Origin: an uncultured Actinomycetota bacterium
GTDB taxonomy: Bacteria; Actinomycetota; Actinomycetes; Mycobacteriales; Mycobacteriaceae
Length of the DNA stretch: 64,000 bases
Direction of reading: 5' to 3'
NCBI GenBank assembly: GCA_963777885.1
Contig: CAVZSJ010000005.1
Coordinates: 118,713-182,712 of the forward strand
In this document: piece after piece, positions 54,208 to 64,000 of the stretch
Position numbering within the stretch: the first letter of the stretch is position 1
Layout of the letters: every line of letters begins with the position of its first letter
The notes under the pieces: model-generated
Databases searched by the model: none
Told to the model about the DNA's origin: nothing
The model's input: the letters and a program-made list of their open reading frames with translations, nothing else
Translations under genes and position numbers: made by a program

Positions 54208-54963
54208 CTACCGCGACCCGTGCGCGGTCCGGCCGGTGGCCTTGGCCGCGGCGTCGTCGGCGTCCATTTGAGCCGCCTCGGCCAACGTCGGCGCGCTGCC
54301 GCCCAGACGGCGGGGCACCCAGTACGCCCCGGCGGGATGGTCGTACCGCTGCTGCGCCCGGGACAGCAGCGCGGACATCGACCGGCGCAGCGCGGCGTTG
54401 GTGGCCGCCATATCGTCGGCCGCGCGCAACGGCTCCCCCACCAGGACAGTGACCGGTACCTTGTGGCGACCGAGCTTTCTGGGATGGTCCTTGGTCCACA
54501 CCCGCTGTGTGCCCCACACGATCACGGGGATGATCGGCACGCCGGCTTCCTGCGCCATTCGGGCGGCCCCGGTCTTGAACTCCTTGAGCTCGAAGCTGCG
54601 GCTGATCGTGGCCTCTGGATAGACCCCGACCAGTTCACCCTCGTGTAGCCGCTGCACGGCCACCGCGTAGGCGTCGGCTCCCGCGCCGCGGTCCACGGGG
54701 ATGGTTCCGGTGCGCTTGATAAGGAAGTTGACGCTCTTCACCTGCTGCATCTCGGCCTTGATCATGAATCGCATCCGGCGGCCGCGGTGATGCATGGCCA
54801 GCGCGGCCGGTAGCCAGTCGACATAGCTCGTGTGGTTAATGGCCATCACGGCGCCCCCGCGGTCGGGAACGTTCCCCTCGCCGAGGTAGGTGATCCGGCT
54901 CCCGGTCGCCACGACGATCAGCTGGGTCAGGATCTCGAGCGCGCGGAATGTCGGTTCGGCCAT
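54208..54963 (-). CDS. PlsC-like acyltransferase (Rv3815c ortholog)
   Basis: NHTSYVD, YPEATISR. Confidence 0.92.
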   Translation of the reverse strand: MAEPTFRALEILTQLIVVATGSRITYLGEGNVPDRGGAVMAINHTSYVDWLPAALAMHHRGRRMRFMIKAEMQQVKSVNFLIKRTGTIPVDRGAGADAYAVAVQRLHEGELVGVYPEATISRSFELKEFKTGAARMAQEAGVPIIPVIVWGTQRVWTKDHPRKLGRHKVPVTVLVGEPLRAADDMAATNAALRRSMSALLSRAQQRYDHPAGAYWVPRRLGGSAPTLAEAAQMDADDAAAKATGRTAHGSR

Positions 54964-54966
54964 CGA

Positions 54967-55749
54967 TCACTGCTCCGTCCCGCCGCCATCCTCCAGCTGG
55001 GCGCGGCGGGCCGCCTTCTCGGCTGCCTCGTCGGCGTCCAGGCGGGTCGCCTCGGCCAACGAGGGCGCACCCCCGCCCAGCCGGTGCGGCACCCAGAACT
55101 CCCCTGCCGGATGCGGCCCGTAGTGCTCTTGCGCCTGATCCAGCAGATGTTGCATCCGTGAGTGCAGCAGGCCGTTCAAGTCCTCGATCGCCAGCGTCGG
55201 TTCGATCGGTTCGCCGACGAGGACCGTGATCGGCACCTTCGGGCGGAACAGCTTCTTGGGCTGCCCTTTCGTCCAGACTCGCTGCGCGCCCCAGACAATG
55301 TGCGGGATGATCGGCACTCCGGCCTCGACCGCCATTCGGGCGGCTCCCGATTTGAACTCCTTGATCTCAAAGCTGCGGCTGATCGTCGCTTCGGGATAGA
55401 CGCCGACCAATTCGCCGTCCTTCAAGTTCCGGACCGCGGCCTCATAGGACGCGGCCCCGCTTTGCCGGTCTACCGGGATATGCCGCAGGCTGCGCATGAT
55501 CGGGCCGGTGAACTTGTGGTCGAACACCTCCTGCTTGGCCATGTACCGCACTTTGCGGCCGCGTCCCTGTTGGTAGGTGGGCAAACCCGCCAGCATGAAG
55601 TCGAGGTAGCCGGTGTGGTTGATCGCGATGACGGCACCGCCGCTGGTCGGGATGTTCTCCACCCCCGAGAGAGTGATCTTCAGCCCCTGGACGCGAAAGA
55701 TCAGGCGAACGATCTGAATCACAGTCCCGTATACCGGTTCCACAGCCAT
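54967..55749 (-). CDS. PlsC-like acyltransferase (Rv3816c ortholog)
   Basis: NHTGYLD, YPEATISR. Confidence 0.92.
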   Translation of the reverse strand: MAVEPVYGTVIQIVRLIFRVQGLKITLSGVENIPTSGGAVIAINHTGYLDFMLAGLPTYQQGRGRKVRYMAKQEVFDHKFTGPIMRSLRHIPVDRQSGAASYEAAVRNLKDGELVGVYPEATISRSFEIKEFKSGAARMAVEAGVPIIPHIVWGAQRVWTKGQPKKLFRPKVPITVLVGEPIEPTLAIEDLNGLLHSRMQHLLDQAQEHYGPHPAGEFWVPHRLGGGAPSLAEATRLDADEAAEKAARRAQLEDGGGTEQ

Positions 55750-55925
55750 TTAGCCTAGTGGTCCCGACTGTGAGCCGCCTGAAGTGCCAAAAAGACCTGC
55801 TTATTGTCCTGCCGGTCGGCCCAGCGCTCGGGCGGTGCGGCCGTGGCAGGCCTGCGACCGTAACTCGGATCTGGATGCTCCACGCTAAGCTCGAAGCGAT
55901 CGCGAAAGATGTCAGAAAGGTATTT

Positions 55926-57476
55926 GTGCAGGTCACGAGCGTCGGCCACGCCGGCTTCCTGATTGAAACGCATGCGGGCAGCATCCTTTGCGACCCCTGG
56001 GTCAACCCGGCCTATTTTGCGTCCTGGTTCCCGTTCCCGGACAACAGCACATTGGACTGGGACGCTTTGGGCGCCTGCGACTACCTATACGTTTCGCATC
56101 TGCACAAGGACCACTTCGATGCCAAGCACCTGCGTAGGCACGTCAATAAAGACGCGGCGGTGCTGTTGCCGGACTTCCCGGTGCCCGATTTGCGAAATGC
56201 GCTGCAGGAATTGGGGTTTCATCGGTTTTTCGAGACCTCCGACTCGGTCAAACATAGGCTGAGTGGGTCTAAAGGCGACCTAGACGTCATGGTCATCGCG
56301 CTGCGGGCACCCGCGGACGGACCGATCGGTGATTCGGCGCTGGTGGTATCAGATGGCGCCACAACGGTTTTCAACATGAACGACGCCCGGCCGGTCGAGT
56401 TGGACGAGCTGGCCGCCGACTTCGGCCACATCGACGTACATCTGCTGCAGTACTCCGGGGCGATCTGGTACCCGATGGTTTACGACATGCCGGAGCGCGC
56501 CAAGGAAGCGTTCGCCGTTCAAAAGCGCCAGCGGCAAATGGACCGCGCACGCCAGTACATCGCGCAGGTGGGGGCGACCTGGGTAGTGCCTTCGGCGGGG
56601 CCGCCGTGCTTTCTGGATGCCGAGCTGCGCCACCTCAACGACGACCACGCGGACCCGGCCAACATCTTTCCCGACCAGATGGTGTTCCTGGATCAGATGG
56701 GCAGCAACGGGCACGATCGCGGCTTGCTGATGATTCCGGGGTCAGTCGCGGACTTCACTGGTAAGTCACTGAATTCGCTGAATCATCCGCTGCCCACCGA
56801 TGAGGTCGAGGCCATCTTCACCACCGGCAAGGCGGCGTACATCAGTGATTACGCCGACCGGATGGCTCCGGTCCTTGCGGCGGAGCGGGCGAGCTGGGCA
56901 CCGGCCATCGGCGAGCCGTTGCTGGAGCCTTTGCGCGCGCTGTTCGAGCCGATCATGCTGCAAAGCGACGAAATCTGCGACGGCATCGGGTACCCGGTCG
57001 AACTGGTGATGGGGCCGGAGACCATCATTCTGGACTTTCCCAAACGCGCCGTCCGCGAACGGATTCCGGAAGAAAAAGTCCGCTATGGATTCGAGATAGC
57101 GCCGGAACTGGTGCGCACCGTGCTGCGCGACCAGGAACCGGACTGGGTCAACACCATTTTCTTGTCCACCCGGTTTCGGGCGTGGCGAGTCGGCGGCTAC
57201 AACGAGTACCTGTACACGTTCTTCAAATGTTTGACCGACGAACGGATCGCGTACGCCGACGGCTGGTTCGCCGAGACCCACGATGATTCGGCATCGATCA
57301 CCCTGGACGGCTGGGAGATTCAACGGCGCTGCCCCCATCTCAAAGCTGACTTGTCGAAATTCGGCGTGGTAGAAGGCGATACGCTGACCTGCAACCTGCA
57401 CGGGTGGCAGTGGCGTCTGGACAACGGGCGCTGTTTGACGACGCGGGGGCATCCGTTGCGGAGTTCCCGCGCATGA
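55926..57476 (+). CDS. MBL-fold + C-terminal Rieske protein (Rv3818 ortholog)
   Basis: VTSVGHAG, CDPW, SHLHKDH, CPH..CNLHGW; start GTG 55926. Confidence 0.9.
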   Translation: MQVTSVGHAGFLIETHAGSILCDPWVNPAYFASWFPFPDNSTLDWDALGACDYLYVSHLHKDHFDAKHLRRHVNKDAAVLLPDFPVPDLRNALQELGFHRFFETSDSVKHRLSGSKGDLDVMVIALRAPADGPIGDSALVVSDGATTVFNMNDARPVELDELAADFGHIDVHLLQYSGAIWYPMVYDMPERAKEAFAVQKRQRQMDRARQYIAQVGATWVVPSAGPPCFLDAELRHLNDDHADPANIFPDQMVFLDQMGSNGHDRGLLMIPGSVADFTGKSLNSLNHPLPTDEVEAIFTTGKAAYISDYADRMAPVLAAERASWAPAIGEPLLEPLRALFEPIMLQSDEICDGIGYPVELVMGPETIILDFPKRAVRERIPEEKVRYGFEIAPELVRTVLRDQEPDWVNTIFLSTRFRAWRVGGYNEYLYTFFKCLTDERIAYADGWFAETHDDSASITLDGWEIQRRCPHLKADLSKFGVVEGDTLTCNLHGWQWRLDNGRCLTTRGHPLRSSRA

Positions 57477-57817
57477 GCGAGACACCCGGCCAAACCTACG
57501 ACGACGGTCTCATCCAGCTGGACCACGCGGCGATCACGTTGCGCCGCTACCACTTTCCATCGGGCACAGCGAAGATCATTGCGTTGGAATCGATCCGTGG
57601 ATATCGCGCCGAGAAGCTGGGCCTGCTAGTGCAGCGGTTCCGGGTCTGGGGTTGTTCGGATATGCGCCGTTGGTTGCCGCTCGACGTGCACCGGCCCCTC
57701 AAGTCGACGCTGATTACGTTGGACGTGCCGGGAACCTGGCCGAGCCCGGCGTTCACGCCGGCGCGCCCGGGTGATTTCACTGCGCTGCTGGAAGTGCTGC
57801 TCAGTCAGCGGAGCTAG
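57473..57817 (+). CDS. Conserved hypothetical protein (Rv3819 ortholog)
   Basis: ATGA overlap with upstream gene; YDDGLIQLD..ITLRRYHFPSG. Confidence 0.85.
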   Translation: MSETPGQTYDDGLIQLDHAAITLRRYHFPSGTAKIIALESIRGYRAEKLGLLVQRFRVWGCSDMRRWLPLDVHRPLKSTLITLDVPGTWPSPAFTPARPGDFTALLEVLLSQRS

Positions 57818-57828
57818 CTGGGACTAGC

Positions 57829-59247
57829 TCAAGCCCACTTCAGAGAGGGCGCGAAGGCTGCCCGGCGCCGGCCGTCGGCGACGCGGACGAACACGGACTT
57901 CATGGCTTCCAGGTAGCGAATAACCGATTCGCGGGCGACGGGATTATTGGGGAATAACACCATCACCTTGGTCTCCTGCCGGAACCGGCCTACCCACATC
58001 GACACCTGATGCGAAACCCGGCCTTCGTCGTAAATCCGGAAATCCAAGTCGGAGCCGGCGACAGCTGACAGCGGAGCAATGCTCGCGTCCAGGAAGGACA
58101 TCACGAAGTTTCCCGGTCGGGGCCTGCGCAGGTTCAGCTCGGGAGGCGCCAATTCCAACGCGCGGTCGAACGGCACGCTCGCCAGGTCGTGACCCGAATC
58201 GAAGGAATTCTGGGCGCCCCGGGCGGTGTCGCCGAACGACGTCGCGGAGACGGGAACGGTGATTGGGACCAGTCCGGTGAACCAGCCGGTCGTCGCGAGT
58301 TCCGTTGGCGTGCTGCGGGTGTCGGTCGTGGTGAGCAGGGAGATCGTTTCGTCGCCGGTCAACTCGTGCTCGGTGAGGGCGGCGCAGCCGAAAACGCCCC
58401 CGCTGAAGCGAGCGCCCGCCGCCGCGCACGCGTCGTCGAATCGCCGGGTCTGCTGCTCGTCCATGAGCGTCACGTCGAGCAGGTCGCCGGTACAGGGCAC
58501 CGATAAGTCACCCAGCGGCAAGGGAAAGTGCGGAAGTGTTCCGCCGCTGTGTTCGGCGAAATCGAACCAGGCGCGGATGCTGGGGGAGTCCACCGTCAGA
58601 GCCGACATCTCCCGGCGCTGCCGGTCGCAGTAATCCTCGTACTTGCCCACCGCCGGCAGTGGAGCGGGCACGCCGCCCCGCACCAACGTGGTGTACATCG
58701 TGTGGATCTCGGTGAATAGCACGGGAACGATCATCAGGTCGACGCAGAGATGGCCGATGCTCGCGTAGAAGGTGAAGTGGTCGGCGCTCTGAATCACCCC
58801 GAACAAGAAGCAACCCCACTGCAACGGATGTGGCGCCGAGATGTGGTCGCGCAACTCCGCGGTCGTCATGTCCTTGTGTTCGTTCGGAACGAATTCGATT
58901 TCAGCGGGATCCGTGATGGTGCGCCGCCTGATGTCGTCGGCGTCCTTGTACTCGAACCACGTGCGGTACGTGTCGTGCCGACGAAGATGGGCGTTGATCG
59001 CGTAGCTCATGGCGCGGACGTCGCACCGACCGGCGACCTCCCAGGTGAAGATCATCATGCGGGTCATTTCGAGACCCCGTGCGGCGTGGTCGGTGTAACG
59101 ACGAAGGTGCTGGGTTTGCTGGTAGCTGGGCGGCACAGGGCTCACCGGCGCGTGCCGGGCGTTCAGGCTTGCGGCGGCCGAGGGATGCCAACAAGTAATC
59201 GTGCCCGGGTCCGGGGACCAGTCGTGAAGTGTTGACATTGCAAACAC
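57829..59247 (-). CDS. papA2: Polyketide-associated acyltransferase, PapA2-like
   Basis: GGAGGAGG RBS + GTG; MFAMSTLHDWSPDPG; HLRRHDTYR; HLCVD (HxxxD); synteny with sap/chp1/mmpL8. Confidence 0.85.
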   Translation of the reverse strand: MFAMSTLHDWSPDPGTITCWHPSAAASLNARHAPVSPVPPSYQQTQHLRRYTDHAARGLEMTRMMIFTWEVAGRCDVRAMSYAINAHLRRHDTYRTWFEYKDADDIRRRTITDPAEIEFVPNEHKDMTTAELRDHISAPHPLQWGCFLFGVIQSADHFTFYASIGHLCVDLMIVPVLFTEIHTMYTTLVRGGVPAPLPAVGKYEDYCDRQRREMSALTVDSPSIRAWFDFAEHSGGTLPHFPLPLGDLSVPCTGDLLDVTLMDEQQTRRFDDACAAAGARFSGGVFGCAALTEHELTGDETISLLTTTDTRSTPTELATTGWFTGLVPITVPVSATSFGDTARGAQNSFDSGHDLASVPFDRALELAPPELNLRRPRPGNFVMSFLDASIAPLSAVAGSDLDFRIYDEGRVSHQVSMWVGRFRQETKVMVLFPNNPVARESVIRYLEAMKSVFVRVADGRRRAAFAPSLKWA

Positions 59248-59731
59248 ATTTTCCTCCTCCTGTCCCCCCACCCAGTCGGTTGCACGGACACTTTAAGTTC
59301 GGCGGCCACTGGGGCTGCGGAGCCTTTGCTGCTATTCGACCTCTACCAGTGATGACCGGTAACACACCGGCGTGTCGTGCCCGGGGACCGCGGATATCCA
59401 GTAGGTAGCCGTCTGCGATAAAACCCTAGCAACATATCGGTCCGAGCACTGCGGAATAACCATTAAAGCAAACAGGCCTATTTGCCCGCGTCTCGCGAGG
59501 TTCCCAGCAACCACCTGGCACAAACGTCAACCTCATCCCCCGGCCTTAGTCATCCCCACGGAGGGCGCGACGACCGTCTGTCCGAGCGTCCGACCAAAGA
59601 TCAACAACGCCCCTTAGCGTACGGGCAACCGTTGTCGATTGTGTTACTAGAACTTAGGTGTCAGCTTTGTATTTGGCGCCCGGGAAACATTCCGGCGCGG
59701 GGCCGCAACGACTGCGGTACGGTTCTCATAC

Positions 59732-60486
59732 ATGTGGATCACCGTGCTAGTGATGGCACTCGCGGTGATTTTCGAGCCGATTCGGCTCGGCCTGGCAGTC
59801 CTCATGCTGAACAGGCCCCGCCCGCTGTTGCAACTGTCCACCTTCTTGTGCGGCGGATTCACCATGGGCCTAGGCGTCGGCCTGGTCATCCTTTTCATCC
59901 TGCGGACCACACCATTGGCCGGACACTTCACCGTGGCCCAGGCCCAGATCGTGGCCGGGCTGCTCGCGCTGCTGGTGGCCGCCGCGTTGGCCACGAACAC
60001 CGTGGTTCGCAAACAGATTCGCCGGGTTCCGGCGAGCGCTCCGGTCGGCGGCGAGGGTGGCTCCGAGGGCGGCTCCGAGGGGGCTCCGAGGGGGGCATCG
60101 TCTTGTTGGACCCGGCCCCGCCGGGCAGCCTGAGGAAGCTGACGACGCGCGCCCGAGAATTTCTGCAGGGCGACTCCCTGCGTGTCGCATGGGTCAGCGG
60201 GCTGGCCGTCGCGTTGCCGTCGGCCAACTACTTGGGCGCGATGGCGGCCATCCTTGCCGCTGGCGCTGGTCCGATGGCGCAGGCGCACGCCTTGCTGCTG
60301 TTCAACGTGGTGGCGTTCACGCTGGTCGAGATCCCGCTCGTGAGCTACCTGGTGGCGCCGCAGAAGACGCGGCTGTTCATGGCCGCCTTGCAGGAGTGGC
60401 TGCGGACGCGCAGCCACTGGGAGTTCGCCCTCCTGCTGGCGGCCGGAGGCTGCTTCCTGGTCGTGCTCGGCGCCAGTAGCCTCTGA
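59732..60486 (+). pseudogene. sap: GAP-family (Sap/Rv3821-like) glycolipid export accessory protein, frameshifted at about 60079-60083
   Basis: N-half MWITVLVMALAVIFEPIRLG.. and C-half LLDP..FLQGDSL..ALPSANYL..EIPL lie in different frames; adding one G restores a single ORF. Confidence 0.8.
60050..60096 (+). repeat. 12-bp tandem repeat (GAGGGNGGCTCC; Gly-Ser-Glu-Gly) with G homopolymers
   Basis: GGCGAGGGT GGCTCCGAGGGC GGCTCCGAGGG GGCTCCGAGGGG GGC; one unit is 11 bp. Confidence 0.85.
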
Positions 60487-60686
60487 GCGAGCTCCGAGAA
60501 GCCTCAGTACCCGCTGTGAACAGCGCAATCCGATCTAGCGAATTGGTACTTCCGCCCCGTTTTAGCTACGCGCGCGGTAACATTGCTTCCGATATGGACT
60601 GGCCTATCGGGCAGGGTGGGTCACCGCGGCGCGTAGGTCAGATTGATGACAGCGCTAGCCGGCCGGCCAAATTTATTGGGGGTTTC

Positions 60687-61865
60687 GTGAACAAACTGCT
60701 CGCAGGGGCCGTCGCGGCAGGAATGCTAACGTGCGCAACGGCTTTCGGCGATGGCTTGGCTGGGGTTGCAAGGGCCGACGACACCGCGTTGATTGTCCCC
60801 GGCACCGCGCCATCCCCCTACGGACCGCTGCGGTCGCTGTATCACTTCAAACCGGAGACACAGCCTGAGATCGGCCAGAACTACATTCCCCCGGACGCTA
60901 CCCGTCGCATCGTGCCCTATCCGGGCAGCTTCTGGCCGGTCACCGGCTTGAACTCGCCCACCCTAGGTCAGTCCGTGACAACCGGGACGAACAACCTGGA
61001 CTCGGCGATCCGCAACACCAAGGGCCCCATCTACGCGGCCGGACTGTCGCAGGGCACGCTGGCCCTCGACCAGGAGCAGCTGAGGTTGGCGAACGACCCG
61101 GCTGCACCCCCGCCGGACCAGCTCACGTTCGTCAAGGCGGGCGACCCGAACAATCTCCTGTCGCACGTATTCAGGCCGGGCACCCGCGTTCCCCTGATCA
61201 ACTACACCGTGACGCCTCCCCTGGACAGCCAGTACGACACCGTCAATGTCGTGGGTCAATACGACATTTTCTCCCACCCGCCGGACAGGATGGGAAACCT
61301 GCTCGCTGACCTGAACGGCGTTACGGCAGGCGGCTTCTACGGTCACAGCGCGACGGCTTTCTCGGACCCGTCCCACGTCGCGCCTCAGGACATCACCAGG
61401 ACCGTCAACGACAGGGGTGGCACCACGACGACCTATCTGATCCGCAGCGGTGATGAGCTGCCGATGGTGAAGGCGCTCGTGGACATGGCGGGGCTGCCGC
61501 CGGACGCGGCCGGACCACTCAACGCGGTGCTGAAGCCCATGGTGGACAGGGCTTACGGCCCGGATCCGGGCGCGCTGCCGAACCCCAAGGACATCTCCCA
61601 GGTCGGGCACATCGGCCCCGCGATCAGCATCCCCATTGAAAGCACCAATGCCGGCATCACGGCGGGCGTAACTGCTGCGAACCTCGTCGTCAACGGCGGC
61701 AACATCATCAGCACGGTGTCACGTGTGGCCTCCGGCGGCGCCGGCGCGGCCGGCGCGGTCTCACACGCTGCGTTGCCTGCCGCCAACGCGGGTAAGGGCG
61801 CCGCGGGTGCCGTCAGCACGCTGGCGAAGGTCGGCGCTCTGCTGCCCAAGAAGCATAAGCTCTAA
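60687..61865 (+). CDS. chp1: PE-PPE domain acyltransferase, Chp1 (Rv3822)-like
   Basis: TALIVPGTAPSPYGPLRSLYHF, YPGSFWP, GLSQG, YGHSA, ends LLPKKHKL; start 60687 (frame open from 60516). Confidence 0.88.
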   Translation: MNKLLAGAVAAGMLTCATAFGDGLAGVARADDTALIVPGTAPSPYGPLRSLYHFKPETQPEIGQNYIPPDATRRIVPYPGSFWPVTGLNSPTLGQSVTTGTNNLDSAIRNTKGPIYAAGLSQGTLALDQEQLRLANDPAAPPPDQLTFVKAGDPNNLLSHVFRPGTRVPLINYTVTPPLDSQYDTVNVVGQYDIFSHPPDRMGNLLADLNGVTAGGFYGHSATAFSDPSHVAPQDITRTVNDRGGTTTTYLIRSGDELPMVKALVDMAGLPPDAAGPLNAVLKPMVDRAYGPDPGALPNPKDISQVGHIGPAISIPIESTNAGITAGVTAANLVVNGGNIISTVSRVASGGAGAAGAVSHAALPAANAGKGAAGAVSTLAKVGALLPKKHKL

Positions 61866-62004
61866 GCCTTCCCGGCCATCGTGATGTCGTCAGACCGGTA
61901 GACGACTCTCAATGTGACATCACATGCGATATATCGCATTGAGAAATCGCCTGATGTCTTGCCGACGGTAATTGTGTGGCCCACGTGGTTATTGATGTGA
62001 TTAT

Positions 62005-63999
62005 CTAGAGCCTGAGCCCGTCGTATAACGAAAACCCGATCACGTCGTCGTCCACCCACGCCGGCAACTTCTCCTCGTCGGGCAGCAGCCGGTTGCGTTT
62101 CACGCGCTGAGCACCGCCGGCGGCGGGCGCGGTTCGCCGCCAGCGCCACAGCCCCGACGGCCGCCACCAGTTCGCCTTGCCGACCAGTACCGCAATGGCG
62201 GGCACCAGCACGGTACGTACCAGGAACGTATCCAACAGCAGCCCGGTGCCGAGGACGAAGCCACCTTGGACCACATTGGCGAGGCTGGAAAAGACCATGC
62301 CGAACATCGAGGCCGCCATGATCAGGCCCGCAGCGGTGATCACGCCACCGGTTGAGCCCACGGTGCGGATGACCCCCGAGCGCATGCCGACCGCGGATTC
62401 TTCACGCAGCCTGGAAATGAGCAGCATGTTGTAATCGGCGCCGACCGCGACCAATATGATGAACGTTAATCCGGGAACGCTCCAATGCATTTCCTGGCCG
62501 AGCAGCAATTGAAAGACGATGACGCCGATACCGAGTGCCGACAAATAGGAAATGATCACCGAACCGATCAGGTAAAGCGGCGCAACAATCGCTCGCAGCA
62601 ACACGATCAGAATCAGCAGCACGACGCAGATGGTCATGATGATGATCAAGCGCACGTCATGGTCGGAGTAGTCACGGGTGTCCTTGAGCATCACCGGTAA
62701 TCCGACCACCGATACCTTCGCATCGGACAGCGTGGTGTTCGGTTGAGCCCCTCGCGCGGCGGCAACGACCGATTCGACCTGGTCCATGGCGGCGGAGCTG
62801 AACGGGTTGACGTCGTTTTGGACCAGATACCGGATCGCGTGTCCGTCGGGCGTCACAAATGCGGAGGCGAACTTCTTGAGGTCGTCGACATTCATACCGT
62901 GCATGAGGTCCTGCGCCTCGGCCGGTAACTGCCCGGGGGTGCCGGCTTCACCGGTGGCATACGACAGCAATTGCGGGGGAATGTAGAACCCCGCCATCGC
63001 CGGGGTGGTGGCGTTGTCCTTCATGGCCAGCAGGAAGGTCGACGCCTCGCCCAGCCCGAGGCCCATCTTTTTGACCTGGTCGACCAGCAGTTGCACTCCG
63101 TCGGCCAGTTGTTTGCTCCCGTCGGCGAGCTGATTGGCCCCGTTTTGCAGGTAGTTGACCTTGGCGTGCATGTTGCCGCCATTGCCCATGCCCAATGAGC
63201 CCATGGCGCTGGTGACGGTGGTCAGCGCCTTGCTCAGGCCACTCACGGTCGACGCCAAAGTCTGCAGAGACCCGGTCGCCTGCAACTGTCGGCCCAGCGC
63301 AGATAGTTTGCCCAGTGTTCCGTCGTCGCGGGCGGCCACCATGCGGTGCAACTCGTCGCGCGCCCTGACGCAACCCGAATCCATATCGCACGCCGGACTG
63401 GTATCGAGTGCATTCAGCACCGGGTTGGCCCAGTCGGAGTTGTTCGCGATGAAGTTGGAATTGGCCCCGATCGCGTCGCCGAGGCTGTGCATGCTGCCGA
63501 TCAGCTGCGCGGCCCCCTGCAGTTCGCCGAGCGTCTTATTGCCGCCGAATACGCTCTGCAGATACCCGAGAGCGTCGATGAGACCGCCCGCGTTGGCCAC
63601 GGCCTGATTCACCTGGGTCCGCAGATCGCCGAGCTTGCCCGCCATGAGATTGGCGCCGCCCGCGAGCTTGTCGAGATCACCCTTGCGGTCGGCGATTTGC
63701 TTGGAGCCCTCATCCAGCTTGCCGCCGACCTGGCCCGCCTGCCACGAGGCCCTGGCCTGCTCGAGTGACTGTCCGTCGGGCCGGGTGATGCCCCTGACCA
63801 TCGCGACGCCCTTGACCTGGCTGACCCGTTGTGCCATTTGCTCCAGGTCGGCAAGGGCCTGCGGCGTGCGCAGGTCGTGCGGTGATTCGATGAACAGGTA
63901 CTCGGGGATGATCATGTTCGTCGAGAAATGCCGATCCAGTGCGGCGTAGCCGATCGAGCTCTCGACCGAAGGCGGCAAGGTCTTGCGATCGTCGTAGTT
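62005..63999 (-). CDS. mmpL8: MmpL8-like RND transporter (5'-truncated by window)
   Basis: [32 protein letters not shown], ends [15 protein letters not shown]; frame open to window edge. Confidence 0.88.
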   Translation of the reverse strand, partial: NYDDRKTLPPSVESSIGYAALDRHFSTNMIIPEYLFIESPHDLRTPQALADLEQMAQRVSQVKGVAMVRGITRPDGQSLEQARASWQAGQVGGKLDEGSKQIADRKGDLDKLAGGANLMAGKLGDLRTQVNQAVANAGGLIDALGYLQSVFGGNKTLGELQGAAQLIGSMHSLGDAIGANSNFIANNSDWANPVLNALDTSPACDMDSGCVRARDELHRMVAARDDGTLGKLSALGRQLQATGSLQTLASTVSGLSKALTTVTSAMGSLGMGNGGNMHAKVNYLQNGANQLADGSKQLADGVQLLVDQVKKMGLGLGEASTFLLAMKDNATTPAMAGFYIPPQLLSYATGEAGTPGQLPAEAQDLMHGMNVDDLKKFASAFVTPDGHAIRYLVQNDVNPFSSAAMDQVESVVAAARGAQPNTTLSDAKVSVVGLPVMLKDTRDYSDHDVRLIIIMTICVVLLILIVLLRAIVAPLYLIGSVIISYLSALGIGVIVFQLLLGQEMHWSVPGLTFIILVAVGADYNMLLISRLREESAVGMRSGVIRTVGSTGGVITAAGLIMAASMFGMVFSSLANVVQGGFVLGTGLLLDTFLVRTVLVPAIAVLVGKANWWRPSGLWRWRRTAPAAGGAQRVKRNRLLPDEEKLPAWVDDDVIGFSLYDGLRL

Positions 64000-64000
64000 G

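Noticed and set aside
53404..55749. Three tandem acyltransferases as a novel expansion
   Set aside because: Matches the conserved Rv3814c-Rv3816c arrangement.
60050..60096. Resemblance of the GGSEG repeat to the M13 pIII linker (vector contamination)
   Set aside because: Short, low complexity and embedded between the two halves of the sap homolog.

Overview
GC-rich mycobacterial (non-tuberculous) chromosome segment. It holds the conserved cell-wall cluster syntenic with M. tuberculosis Rv3790-Rv3823c: dprE1/dprE2/aftA/embC, embR, embA/embB, fadE35, accD4/pks13/fadD32, Rv3802c, fbpD/fbpA, aftB/ubiA/PAP2/glfT2/glf, erp, Rv3811, Cof hydrolase, three acyltransferases, Rv3818/19, and a sulfolipid-type papA2-sap-chp1-mmpL8 locus. 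Orthology calls rest on recalled sequence, motifs and synteny, not a database search. The main candidate for an undescribed system is a 6.9 kb block (45508-52417) between the Rv3811 and Rv3813c orthologs. It has an ornithine/lysine decarboxylase-spermidine synthase FUSION gene converging on a tightly coupled five-gene operon: YgiB/DUF1190-like membrane protein, glutathionylspermidine-synthase-like ATP-grasp ligase, DUF350 protein, catalytically degenerate ABC ATPase and YhgE/Pip protein. This suggests polyamine synthesis plus conjugation/export at the envelope, in a genus that uses mycothiol rather than glutathione. Other notable items: a 1.67 kb marR + oxidoreductase cassette with no transposase, inserted into a DUF4331 gene between 9-bp direct repeats; a frameshift in a 12-bp tandem repeat in sap; an Asp-to-His change at the predicted Chp1 catalytic triad; a +1 frameshift in fadE35; EmbB substitutions at ethambutol-relevant positions; several operator-like palindromes and small ORFs. 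No rRNA, tRNA, CRISPR array or transposase was recognised.
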